DNA of 62,549 nt, the filler included. It is 4 parts of 4 records of this genome, joined end to end, with 100 filler letters (N's around TTAATTAATTAA, not from the genome) between each part and the next. Parts side by side here need not be neighbours in the genome. Positions count along the whole stretch, not along the records: positions 14,465 to 36,925 come from DRR378314_1274; 3 more parts are not named here. One strand, written 5' to 3'. The notes under the pieces are model-generated. The model ran no database searches. It had not been told where the DNA came from and saw only the letters and a program-made list of their open reading frames with translations. Below are positions 22,466 through 34,800 of the stretch, piece by piece. Each line of letters begins with the position of its first letter. Within the stretch, counting starts at the first letter, position 1. The position numbers and the translations under genes were made by a program.

Positions 22466-23853
22466 CTCTCGTGCGCGCACAACCCCTTCGAGACGAGCTT
22501 ACCCGTCAGCAGCGCAAAAAAAAGACTTTGAACCAGACCGGCTTTTTCAGCACAACGAATTTCGAAATATCACGCCAAGACCGGAAGACTATTTACGTAA
22601 GGCGAGCCTGTCCAGTCGAAAGCGAGCGCGCTCCTCGTCTCGTCGGACGCTGCGGGACAAAGCACGTACCACCCTGCTGCCGCGCGCGTTCGCCGCAGGA
22701 ACTTTGGTTTCCCGCGTAATATATCGGTCAAACTATTATACGTACTGCTACTTGCTCGTATCAAGGACTCTCCAAGCGGAGGATTAGGGTAGGGTTCGTC
22801 CGTGCGAACCCTAGCATCTCACGCGCCGCAGCGTTGCGGCACTGGAACATCGGCGTATCGGCGCTGAACGCACATCCGTACCTCTGCACCTCCTTCCTCG
22901 CGATACCGGCAAGCATGGTGCGCTGCAGTAAACAAACCAGATGTTCACTACGTATGCGCATACTTGTACCCATAATTCGGCATTTGCCTTTCATTCTCTC
23001 GCCAGACGCGCGCTAGTGGTTGCAGGCGCCTACAGCTCCTGCAACCAGGATGCGCGGCCGCTGCGACAAACATCCTACCTTCGTAGAGCGCGAGCGGATG
23101 GGCGTACTCCGAGAACAGAGGCGAATAGCTGTCCCTAGATGGCATTGCAATGCTAGCAAAGTGAGAACAGAGAAGCAAATTAACCTACACAATGCAGGCA
23201 TTGTAGAACTTTACCATGCGCGGCTGCGCCCGCTCGCAGTGTGGGCCAGGAAGGCGGCGAAGAGCACGCTACCTTGGGCAGCGGCTGTTCTACGCAGACC
23301 TCTACTCTGCTGTCAAACACTGACGATTGGCAGCCAATGGCCTTGAGAGACCCTGGAGAAGGTGATCGCAGTATTGTCAGATGCTCGTCACCGTATTGTT
23401 TCCGATCCTTTGCGGTCGTGGAGACCTGCGCCTTGGCAGCACGTGCGTTCCATTTCATATCTGCTGCTATTGTTTTTAATCGTCTGCAGGGTCGACATCG
23501 ACGGAGGGACCCGTCTGCTGATTCAGCAAGGTATTTTACGCCATCTCCGACCACTTGCCACTATGTCAACTATGCAGCTCCATGATACAGAAATCACATT
23601 GCCAATTTATGCAAAGAGGAACCAATGTCGCGTCAAGATGCGCATCAGAGGGGTATTTGGATGCTACGCTTGGCAATCTTGATCGAACTTTCGGAGCGCC
23701 GCGACCCAGAAAGTCACCGAGCGCCGCATTTCTTCCGTTCATGACGATCCATTGTGTTCCTTTCTCGCCCGAGCGCGTCCTTGCGATAAGGCATGCTATA
23801 TATATGTACAAAAATGACACGAAATCTTTCTCTGAATTTCTTTTTTTGTGCAG

Positions 23854-26800
23854 GAAAGCCGATGACACAGAAAGGGTACTAGATAACATAAACGACGACA
23901 TGGAATCGACTGGTGAGGAGCTCCATGGCAGCAGGCGAGCCAATTACCGACAAGACGAGGCGCCGGAGGCGCGTAACCGGCCAGGGTACGCTGTACTTGG
24001 CGCACTTGGGTGAACATGCAGAAGAATTATGGTGGAGTCGGGATGCGTTGCCTCCTTTTCCATCTTCTTTTTCTTGGCTCTCGTTGTATTTTAAAGAATG
24101 TCGTCAAGCGATCAATATCGAGGCCCCCTGTATTCTCGTCAGGCTGGCGCGACATGTGCACGCTGCGAGCAAAACTGCTTCGGTGCGAGAGTCGATGTGC
24201 TCGTGCTCACATTGATGACCATGCAATCACAAACAATGAAGCTACATTGGTACAGTAAGCGCAGAAAGTACGAAATCGTGACAAGGTTTTGCTTCTTTGG
24301 CGGCGGGATTTCAGGGGAAGGGGCTTCTCACAATCAACAGTCGGATGACACCCTTGCAGCGCATGTGGTTGAAGGGGGTTACTCGCACCTGAATATATTT
24401 TTAGCACCTCTGGTGATATCAGCAAAAGCATCAGTCTAAGAAGCAAATAAGTCTGATGGCTTGAGGTATTTTGTGGTTGGTCATAAAGAACTACGCTGGA
24501 AGGTACAGGTGGAGTGGCGGAAGATGCAGGGGAGTTGGACGTTGGGGACAGAGAGCGCACTGGCGAGCGCAGCAGATCGCGGCGCAGCAAGCGCAGACAC
24601 CAGAGACAGCTTAAGAGCTCCGCATCCACACACGAGGCCGTAGGTAAGATATTTACTATAAAAACACATCTTGGCGAAAGACCATTGTGCTCCGATACTT
24701 TCCCTAAGCACTGCTTTCGGCTGAATGGTGCGACGCTCAACTCTCGATCGAGCGTCGAAATGCAACAGGCATCTCCTCTTCCGTCGTCCCGCTCCACCAC
24801 ACGCGCCTCGTGGCGTAAAACAAACATCTTCTGCTTCCCCTTTAGAGTAATCCATGTACTGTGAATTCTTTTTTGATGTGCTAAACACCGATGGCACACA
24901 AAAAATTGCCTTTGCGCCGACTGCAGATGTAGGAGAAGACGTAGAAGAGTGGGAAGGCTCCGCCTCTGGCAGAAACGGCGCTGGTGTACCGGATGCTGCT
25001 AGTCTTGACACATCTACAGTGCCAGCTGTTCGGCGAAGCTTCGTGTTTGTGGAAAGTACGTTTCCTACCAAGGAAAACATATTTGTTGTTGGTTTCGGTT
25101 CCCTAGCCATAATTTTGTGCAGAGGTTAGTGCCCAAAGGCTACTTGTGGGAGATGATTTTGCTGTGTCTTCACCCGTACTGGCCTTCAAACGTGCTCCGG
25201 GTCACAACTGTTTTTCCCTCCGCGCAATACAGGGTGTTTTCGTAGTAGTGGATAGTGCTTGCTAAAAAGAATTGTTTACGCATAGATTGCCACCCCTTCT
25301 TTGGTGTGCCCTTTTGTATTCCTCGTTGGCGTATTACCAAACCCCGCTTGCCCACTTCCGGGTGCGCGCTGCAGATCCGCGGACTGGCAGATTCCGGAAA
25401 GTGAAAGCTTCGTCGCTGTCGTTTCTCGAGGCCCAGATGCACCACGAGGAGCAGAATCTAACAGATTCTGTCGGAGCACCAGTATTTTTTTCCGACTCTC
25501 TCGCAGCTATTATCAGCACATTGTTTCTTGTTGTACAAGTGCGTTACAAGGAGAGAGTTTACGCCATCTCTGGGTTCAAATCGCGGCTGTCCTCCGCGTG
25601 CGGCGCGCTTATTGCGCCTCCGGCATCAACTCGTACCCACCGCGACTAGCCGACCCGCGCTGCAAAGTTGAGCAGTCTTCAAAAAATCGATTTTTGTCAG
25701 AATCGTACTTCTGCCAAATTGTTTTCGGTTTGGAAAATACGAGTTCATCAGGGTCCTTTGCAGCGATAGCGGCTGTGTGTCGGCGGTTTATGGTCGTTGC
25801 GTAGGCTCCGGACGAGGGTTGCTGGGCTCCGGCATTGCATTTGAGAAAACCCTCTCCACAGAATGCTCAATGCGCGCAAACCTATCACACCAAACAGCAA
25901 CGTGCACGATCAGAGAAAAGCAAGAAATGACTTATTCTCATGTATTCTACATATATGACCGATGTATTGACCTTTTGCGCGCACAGGGTATCGCGGCGGG
26001 GCTGAGCGCCCTCCTGCTGGTCTTGCCAGGCCTGTTTCCGACGGTGACGTCGCTTCTGCAGTTTCTGAGTCCGACAGTACTTCCCATTCAAGGATTTTAC
26101 TTGGCGACTCTTGCATTATCGTGTGTTGCAAGCGTGGATAAGTATACTGGGCATCGCGTCCACGCATCCATGCAAAAAAGGTACGCGCGGAGCTGCCGTT
26201 CGGCGCCGCGTGCGCCCGCCCCTCCCGTGCCGCGGCCGCAGGGAGCTGATCTCGTACTAATGCGGGGCCTGTATCTTGCGGTTGTACAGCAAAGAGGAAT
26301 TGAGAGTATTCTTACGCTGGCCGGATCGATTTCTATGCATCTCTGTTGTCACCGGGGCACCTCCAGGCCCACAGGTGCAGCATTTGCCCTACTTGCCGCT
26401 GTGCTGTTCTCCGCGGCGTTTGCCATCTCGTTGCTGTGTGTTCCCACGGAAGAGGTTATCCACCATGCGGAAAAACGGGTTCCAGGATGGTACGTGCGCT
26501 TGAGCTGCGCAAACATAGTACAGCGAGTTCTTCAGCAAGCAATCCTTTTCGTTGGAAATTTTAGTTGCAGGAACGCTGGTAGTCCGGCGTCTTTGCGCGG
26601 GCCGTGGGGCTGGCGGATGCGGCCCAGCAGTATCTTGGCGCGCAGGAAACGTTGGTCCGGTCGCTGGGAATGCACTTCAAGATTTGGATCAACGATGTCG
26701 TATTTCTATTGTCACACTTTTTTATCACAGGTACATAACGCAAGATCCCTCTGCTGCGTTTATCGATGAACTGAACACCTGGCGCGTACTGAATGCCATG

Positions 26801-26896
26801 AGGAGCGCACTCGGTGTACTTGCGTGGATCGCTGTCGCCGCAGACCTGCGGCCAGGCTCGTCCATATCGGGGGACTCGCCTCTCCCACGCACGTAG
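23854..26896 (+). CDS. TMEM237: TMEM237-like ciliary transition-zone membrane protein (5' end unresolved, probably further upstream)
   Basis: Low-complexity exons (24509-24643, 24927-25055) lead to FVFVE|NPRTGRF, then the TM block QGIAAGL...LLQFLSPTVLPIQGFYLATLALSCVASVDKY...LFSAAFAISL...LNTWRVLNAMRSALGVLAWI..RPG. This parallels TMEM237 (VFVE, HGFLAG, PFQ..Y..LALS.ISAFDR, W..VN...L.W...RPG). Some internal junctions are unresolved. Confidence 0.7.
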
Positions 26897-27614
26897 AGAG
26901 AAAAAGTACTCGTGCTCGTTGCTGAGGCATGGTCTCTTGCAAACGGTATCGAATCTATTCATATGCTAATAAAGATACAGTGGGGAAAGCGAATGTTACG
27001 TAGCAAGGCGGAGTGCGCAATTTCGGAGTAGTTACTCGCCGGCGCACATTGGCGAAGCCGCCGGATCATTGCTGCCGCGTGTCGATGCACCACGGTCGGT
27101 AGAAAGCCTCATCGCAGCAACACGTCAAAATATTCCTTGGGAGAATCGTATCGATAATGCTGCGACGACCGTATGCAATTGGTGGTTAGACTGCATACTG
27201 GGATGTGCTCGTAGGCTTGCAAGGCGGCGCCCGCAGGCGGCTCTTCGTGCTCACGGTGTCTAGCTCCAAGGCAGGCGCACGCGAGCAATTGCGATGCCCG
27301 AGGAGAGGGAAGGTGCGACTCGCCCTTTTCGCGTAAGACTTGGAAAGGTATCAATAAGATGCAGACGGCAGTAACGTTGAGGCACCGCGCTTACACACGT
27401 CGTAGCGATGGAATGCCTGCTAGCGGAAACCGCAGAGCACGGCGAGCCCATTGAATGCCGTTGGACGGACCTCTGCCCCACAACCCGGCGTGCGCGGCAG
27501 CTGCGCCACCGCAGAGCCCTGTCTCTGAACAGCTACAGCACGATGCGGCACTTGCGATAAATGATCGTGTATTTTTACTGTGTGACGTCAACTGGGTACC
27601 AGTGCCAACCAAGG

Positions 27615-30252
27615 CTACGATGATGAGTGTAATACTTTCGGAGTTTCCTCGTCGACCGCGGCGGGCGACCTTGTAAGCAGCGCTGCGTTCAGGAGATCCA
27701 CAGCGGCCCTGCGCACGTCTTCGGCCAGAGCTCTGTCGGGAAACCATTCTTCTCCGAGCGACTGGGATAACCACAAGTACAGCTGTGTCTTATTATACAG
27801 TCCCTCGAGATACTGCGTGTTTATCGCCCCGTTTCGGCGCGGCGTAGGTGTGCGAATACCCAGCGGGACAGCGTAATCGTCGGCGTAGCACGCAGCGTAG
27901 CTGTGCAAGCGGGTTGTGTGCACCAAGAACACAACGCAAAGAAAGAGTGAGCACCCGTAGCAACACGGAAACGAAAAAAAATCAAACAAAGGAGGTCTCT
28001 TGTGATTTAATAACAGAATAGCTCCAGAACTCGCAGCTCTACGAGAACCGTGCTCATTCAAACGAAGGCGCGTGTGCTAGCTATTCGGCCGCGCGCTCGC
28101 ACAGAAAACGCGATGCAACCACTACGTCACTGCAAGGCAGCGAATCTCGCGGTCTGCGGCGATGACGTAAGAGCTGCCTGGCGTGTGGAGGTTGCCAAAA
28201 TGTCCTTACATACATAAGAAAATACACAGGCTCGCTTCGCAAAAATAACAACAACAAGAAAAAATCAGCTAACAATCGCGAAACCCAAAGTGTGATACGG
28301 TGCGCAAGCATGCCAAGCTGGAGGAAAAGCTTTGCGTTCGCGCATCTGAGCAGGAACAGGAAGGAAACGTACTCCATCATTTGCGCCATGGCAAATCTGT
28401 CGGGTTTGAAAGGCGCTGTCGCGAAAATGAATCGCTCGCGGAGGGACAGACCCTCTACGCGCTGCAGAGTTTTGGCAATGGCGTGCACGTGATCGAAATT
28501 GCACACAAAGTACCCGCCATCGACGACGCACGCGCTCAGATACTTCGCGAGCACCGTGTGCAGTGGAATATCGTTGCCCAGATGCGACGCAAAGGCCTCA
28601 ATCTGCTCGATCGGCGGGAACAGGCCTGCGCGCCGGAGCGGCTCGGCGGGCTCTTCCATGATTGCCGCGAGGCTCTCTGCGTCTGCAGTGCGAAGAGCAG
28701 CGACGCGTCCGTGCGGATAGCGCATGCCGTAGCGACCGGCGCGTCCAGCGATCTGCCGCGCGGCCGTTGGCGTCAGTATCTCGCGCGTCGTTCCGTTGGA
28801 TTTCGAGAGCTCCGCGAACACGATTCGACCAATATTCAGGTTCAACCCCATGCCTACGGCATCGGTGGCAATGAGAACATCCGCGGCGCCGTCTTCGTCG
28901 TTGAATGCGCGCGCCTGTGCAACCCGTGTCTCGGGCGGCAGCATGCCGTATACCATGGCGCATCGGAGCGGCGTGCGGCGCTCGATTTCGCTCCGGATGC
29001 GGTACAGAGCGCGGCGGCTAAACGCGACGACGCAGTCGCCGCGCTCAAGCGCTTCCCAGCCGCCACGGTCCTCGAGCGCCAGCGGTTCGACGTACAGGGG
29101 CGCCCGGCGCTCGTAGCGACGCACCTCCAGTGTGTCGCCTGCGTCGTCGCAGAGGCGCTGGAGGATTTCCTCGACCACAGGGTCGCCGCACACGTGCACC
29201 TCGTCCGCGATGACGCCGAGGAACGCGCGGGTCCACGCTGACCCGCGCTGCTCGTCGCCGATCATTTGGATTTCGTCGATTACCGCCGCCTCAACACTGC
29301 GACTTGTGCTGCACATTTCGACAGTGCAGGCCAAGTGTGAAGCTCCGGGAATCTCGCGGCGCTCCTGGCCGGTCAGTAGGCTTGTGTAGATACCAGCGAT
29401 GTTCATGCGCTCGTACGCCTCGAGCGCGAGGAGTCGGAGGGGCGCGCAGTACACGCCGGTCGCCGCGGCCCCCAGGGCTGCCAGCGCCGCATGCGTCTTA
29501 CCGGAATTCGTCGGCCCGCTGTGGAAGACGACGCGCCTCGGTGCACGTAGGCGCGCGGAGGGGTACCACGTGTGCGGGAGGCGAAGATCTGAGATGGCGC
29601 TCAGCTCGCGCATGGCGGCGAGCATGCTGCCGTGGTGCTCCTCCGAGTAGGCGGCGAACAGGTCGCGCACGGTGGGAAGGAACTGCTGTGCAGCCGCGTC
29701 CGCCCGGGCACGCACCGCGTCTCCCTCCATACCCTCGGTACATTCGTGCGACGCTTCGGTCTGTCCGATTGTCAGTGCGGACTGCTGAAGTTCGCTTCGC
29801 AAGTGGCCCCACGGCACTGCGCGCGGTAGCGCAAGCGCTTCTTTCTCGAGCGACTCGCGGGAAAGCCGCCCAAAGCTGTGCGCTTGGAACTTGCGCAGCA
29901 GCTGGTTCAAGGTGTCATCATGCAAGGATGTGTTTGATCCTAGTACGGATTCACGCGCAAAATCGTCATCCCGCAAAAGCCGCACAGCAGCTCGCCAGAT
30001 GCGTGATTCTGCAGGCGAGAGCGGCTCGATGCGCGCACGCTTCCTCTGCTTGGCAGGCACTGCCGGCGAGGGCGTGCTCAGTTCTCCCGCAGTGCTGCTG
30101 CGGCGGACGCGCAGCCCCGACAAGCGTACAGCGCCGCGCCACGCACTCACCAGTCCCCTCTCACGTACGAGGTACCCAGGTACCTGTGGTGTGTGAATCT
30201 TTGCGCTCCATCGCACGAACGCGGTCCGAGAGCGAACAAAAAGAGACGCCAT
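27615..30252 (-). CDS. SUV3: Mitochondrial ATP-dependent RNA/DNA helicase SUV3
   Basis: Exons 30252-28373 and 27900-27615. SDLRLPHTWYP.AR, HSGPTNSGKT, PLRLLA, ACTVEM, IDEIQMIGD.QRG.AWTRA, GDCVVAFSR, ATDAVGMGLNLNI, QIAGRAGRY, LYLWLS. The Arg-rich N-terminus resembles a presequence. Confidence 0.93.
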
Positions 30253-30732
30253 GGAAATGGTGGGGCGGAACAACGCGCAGTGTGCGCGCCGTGCGGAGCA
30301 GCGCAGAGCGCCTTCTGCCGATGTCCGCCACGCTCGGTGCGTTACGCCGCGCAGTACTTACGCGTGCAGTTTGCGCGTATAATTCCGCGATGCAATCCTC
30401 ATAGACTTGGCTATCTGTGTCTGGTCGAAAGTGTATCTCAGTGGCGCCCTTAGGGAGAGTACGGTGGAGTAGACGAGCGCGCGCGCGCGCAAGCCTGAAG
30501 GCGCCGAGGTGGTCGCGCCTGCGCTGCGGCGAAACTAGGGCTACGACGCGTATTCCACTCCCATCCACGGAGCTGCCTCCTTGTTGCGGGCGCGCTTTGC
30601 GCGCCGCGCGATCCAGCTCGTGGTGCAAGTCCTCGGCACTTGCGTTCTTTTTGTGTGCCTGTGCGAGAAAGGCGCGGAGTGTTACTTGGACGCACACGTC
30701 GTACGATTTGCCCATCTTTGTCGCTCACGGCG

Positions 30733-31678
30733 ATGGGCGAGTCTAGTGTGCGGCAGCGCAGTGCTGCCTCAGCCAGCGGCGCCGCCACCGCCGGAGACGC
30801 TGCTTCTGGCGACGCGGGTACGGAAGCGTCACGCCGACGCCCGCATCGCGCCCTCGCCTGCATAAGCCTGGTCTTACCGGTGACAGGAAAATGTAATTGG
30901 GATTTTTTTTTGCATAAATGGTTCCACATGTACATTGTTTGAGGGTTCTTTCTCTTGGATCAGAGTAAAATGCGAGCAAACAGGGTTCCACTCAGCGAGG
31001 TTGCGTTGACTTCCAGTGGCGCCGCGTTTTGCTTCTCTGCGCCGTAGCTTTCCCGTGGGCTTGTCTTTATTCCTCTTCACTGACGCTTCGCTGAAGCGGT
31101 AGATTTTTGACACGCATGTTGAACCCTTTAGTCCATTCTGGTTCTTTTTTTATGCGTTGCACTGGCATCGTTGACCAGGTACCATGGTCGGAGTGAAAGG
31201 GGAAGGCGCTCGCGAAGCCGCTGCGCAGCACAGCGAGTCTGTTGGTATGTTGCAAATTGGGACAGGCGACTTGAACGGCGAGCCAGGCGGAAAACGTGCG
31301 CTCCAAGTGACAGAGCTCCTCCACTTTTTTTATCTTGACCGAAATACTTGTGCATATGGAGCATGACTTGGGGTTTGTTGCGAAGGTGTATGGGAGAGGG
31401 GTGGGCGCAGCGACATGCGACGGCACTGTTGAGGCGAAGAGCGCGAGCGTGCGGTTCTGGTTTGCCGTGCAGTGCATCCGCGTGATATGACGGAAGAAGA
31501 GCGACTCGAGCTGAAGCGGATCTATGACTTTGCAAAGAACCCGCGCGGGACGGGAATGCGGCTTTCCACCAAGTTGGACATTTTCTTTTATAGCACCATG
31601 TTGGTTTTGATGTATTTTGTGCTGCGGCATCAGTACAAGCTCGATCTGCTCCAGCTTCTCGTAGAATGGACGCGCTAG
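30733..31678 (+). CDS. Small hypothetical protein (118 aa) with a single C-terminal transmembrane segment
   Basis: Exons 30733-30817, 31179-31244, 31473-31678 join in phase: MGESSVRQRS...MTEEERLELKRIYDFAK...LDIFFYSTMLVLMYFVLRHQYKLDLLQLLVEWTR. Confidence 0.6.
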
Positions 31679-31842
31679 CGCACGGCAAGCGCATGTGAGC
31701 GCCAGCGCAGTCGAGCACAGGTTTCCCAGCACGCGGCCCCTACCCGCTCCACTGCGGGCTCCAAAACATCTCTGCGGTTCAATAAACGGCAACTATGTAC
31801 GAATGACGAAAACGCAAGAGCGGAGCAAAAATACCGCGATGC

Positions 31843-34800
31843 TCAACAATCGAATGGCCGGACTTCCACGGGACTGTCGCTTTCATCGCTGCTGGCTGCG
31901 TCGCCGCCGTTGTCGCTCTCGCTGTCGGACGACTCGTTCAGATCGGCTCGCATCTGCACAGCAAGCTTCCGCGACAGAGTGCGCGACAGTGCACGCGAAA
32001 GACCAAAGCGTTCCTGCGGTGTCGATGCGCCGGATGCTGAGTCCTCCCTGTCGTTTGCGTGGGTACAAAAACCCCAGCACTCGAACACGATGCACTGCAT
32101 GCAGAAAGCCCAAGGACGCGCAGAAAACGCTTAGGGAACCGCCACGAGACTGTCAGGCGCGATATGACGCCGGCGCGGCACGCGCATTCTCGTGTGCGCA
32201 CGAACTGCCGTTCGCTCAGTCAGACGTCCAAACGAAGTGCGCATCAGTCGCATCTGTAGTGCGCGCGCGCGCCAGAGCGTCTGACGCGCACGAACGTGGC
32301 ATCTCAGTGCCTACACGCCACACCGCGACAGAGCAAGCTGGCTACCACGGCAACGCGCACCGCCTCCTGTAGCCTTGTTCCCCTTGCCAAGCACCGGAAA
32401 CGGCCATCCTCGTTCGCCTCCATAGACGAGCACCGTACCCTGAAATCATCATCAGAAGCCAGACAACCGCTTGCAAATGTCTCGCAGATGCCACTCGAAC
32501 CATCGTCGAAGTCGTTGTCCAGTCGGATGGCGTAGTGCGAGCCTCCGCCGATGCCGATGCCGCGGTCGTCCACAATCATAAAGAACGTATTCAAGCGGCT
32601 CCAATGAAAGGCTTCACGAGACGTTCCCGCGGTATCGGAGAGTCGGAAAACAAACGTTTCCCCCGTGCCGTAAAACGATCGCGATCGCTTCCACGCCGCT
32701 GACACAAAGGCACCGAACCGTGAGCCGCCAGAATCGCGGATAACGACGATGGAAGGTCCTACGCACGCGAAATTATGGTAGGTGTCCAAGGGAGGAAACG
32801 TGGGCACAGAAACGAGCGTGGGCATAAGAAGAGCACATACTCGCAGAGAACATGAAAACAAAACAAAAAAAACAACAGCAGCAGCGAGTTCTTCACGACT
32901 GTAGCAGTTCGAGAACTATAGAGGGTCTCGCTCTGCACAGCTGAGCACGATGCGAACAAGATCGTGTTGCATCCCATGTAGGCAGTACATACTGTCGCTG
33001 CTGCTCACGCTCTAACTCATAGGCGCGCAAAACCACGCCGCACACGGACTACCATATTAAAACGAGTATCACCCGAAGCACCGTCACAATAGTCCCGAAG
33101 AGCAACGCAAAAGAGGAGGAGCGTCCACATCGGACTACACAGAAGCGCGACTCCGCACACCATCGCGCGCGATTTCCACGATCACGCGTTGGAATCCGAG
33201 GAACGAAGGTTTAAAGAGTGACAGCCTACACGAACCTTTGTTCAGCGTCCGCTGGAGAAACGTGTTCATCGAAATCCCATTCTTGTGTGTGGAGTACAGC
33301 AATTTCCAGTCGCGAATCTTCCAGCGAGCGGGCAGCTCCTTGACAATGAAGGAGATGTCTTCGCGCTCGAGAACCTTGGAGACATCCTCGCCAAGGCTGC
33401 AGAAACGACATGGGCGCGTGATCGCCACACGTAGAAGCCACAATAACCAAAACATGGAGCAACCTTAGCGCGGGAGCATCCCCAGTTCGCTGCATTATGC
33501 GATGAAGTAGCACCCTCCCCCTACGTGCAGCTTCATGCGCTCTGTCACGCAGCTTCTCATTTTCGCTGGCGAGATTCTACATTCGGAAAGCGAAATCATG
33601 GCAACTATAGACGAACAGTGCAATCGCGCGAGAAGCTCGGCACCGCCGATCTTCGAGCTGCATCGCCATCGCCGCCCACCCTATTGCCTTTTCGTCAATC
33701 CTTTTCATTTTTCATTGTCGCGCAATCCCAGCAACTCTGTGCATACGAAGGGTCAGCGCTAGCGCACGAGCACATGGTGCCAACATACTTGGGAAAGAAA
33801 GCTCCCGGTTTTCCTGGCGAATCACTTGGTCCTGGCAGAGATTGCTCCACGACCTCGTCTTCCGCCTCCCATGAAAGAACCTTTCCGGAACAGTACAAAG
33901 ATTTCCATGCACAAGAGTGTGACAAAGAATAAGAATTGCATACGGCAAGCGCAGTAGATCCATGTCGACGGCTCACCAAACCACAATCTGGTCGATACTC
34001 CACAACCCCGTCGAAACGGCATCTTATTGCATGGCGACAAAAAATTCATCCCCTCGCATAGCGACAGGATAGTGGGTAAACGAAAGGCTAGCACCAGCGC
34101 GGACATACCTTTGGAGGGCCTTCAGGTACGACATAGTTTGCATCTGGCACTCCTGATAGTCCGGGCGGCTCGCTGGCTTTGCCAATCATACTGACGAGTC
34201 GTTCGTGCACTTCTTCCAGGTCACTCTCCCGCAGCAGGAAGCAGGCTTCGCGCGGCCTACAAACACGCCCGTGCGAAGGGCAACGTACAGAGGAGGTGAG
34301 CGGTGTAGGCCTCCACCAGTCACAATTCTGCGATCTTGGTATATGCGGATTTTTTCTTTGCGACATTGGACGACTGGGCGCCAAACGTAGGCACAACTCG
34401 CGTGGCGTTGCATCGCTACAGACTACAAACGCATGGGTGGGGGTTCAATATTCCGCCCTGGCGAAACAAAACAACGAGGCTGCGATCTACGAGTACTCCT
34501 CTCCTTTCCACCGCTTTTTGGAGCTAGAAATACACAGCACGGGAGGGCCCCACATGCGCGTGGACGCTCCCTACAACAAGCGAGCGTCAGGAGACGTACA
34601 TGGCCATTTTCGACGCTCGAAACATGAGCAAAAGGTACTTCGTGTACACAGGTTCTGACATCGTTGGCGATGGAGCGGGGGGTTCTTCCTTCTTGTAGAC
34701 AATCTACGAGAGCGAAACCATTGCAAGCGCGTGCGCGTCCTGAGCGAAAGGCGCGAATCTTCAACTTCAAGGACACGCAGCTCGGGCGAAAACGACCGAA

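Noticed and set aside
22708-22715. E2F-like site TTTCCCGC upstream of p1, and a similar palindrome near 9400
   Set aside because: The same 8-mer also occurs inside genes (near 12706 and 55849), so chance occurrence is likely in CG-rich DNA.
28300-30404. 313-aa and 366-aa plus-strand ORFs
   Set aside because: Antisense to SUV3, Arg/Ala-rich, no domains.
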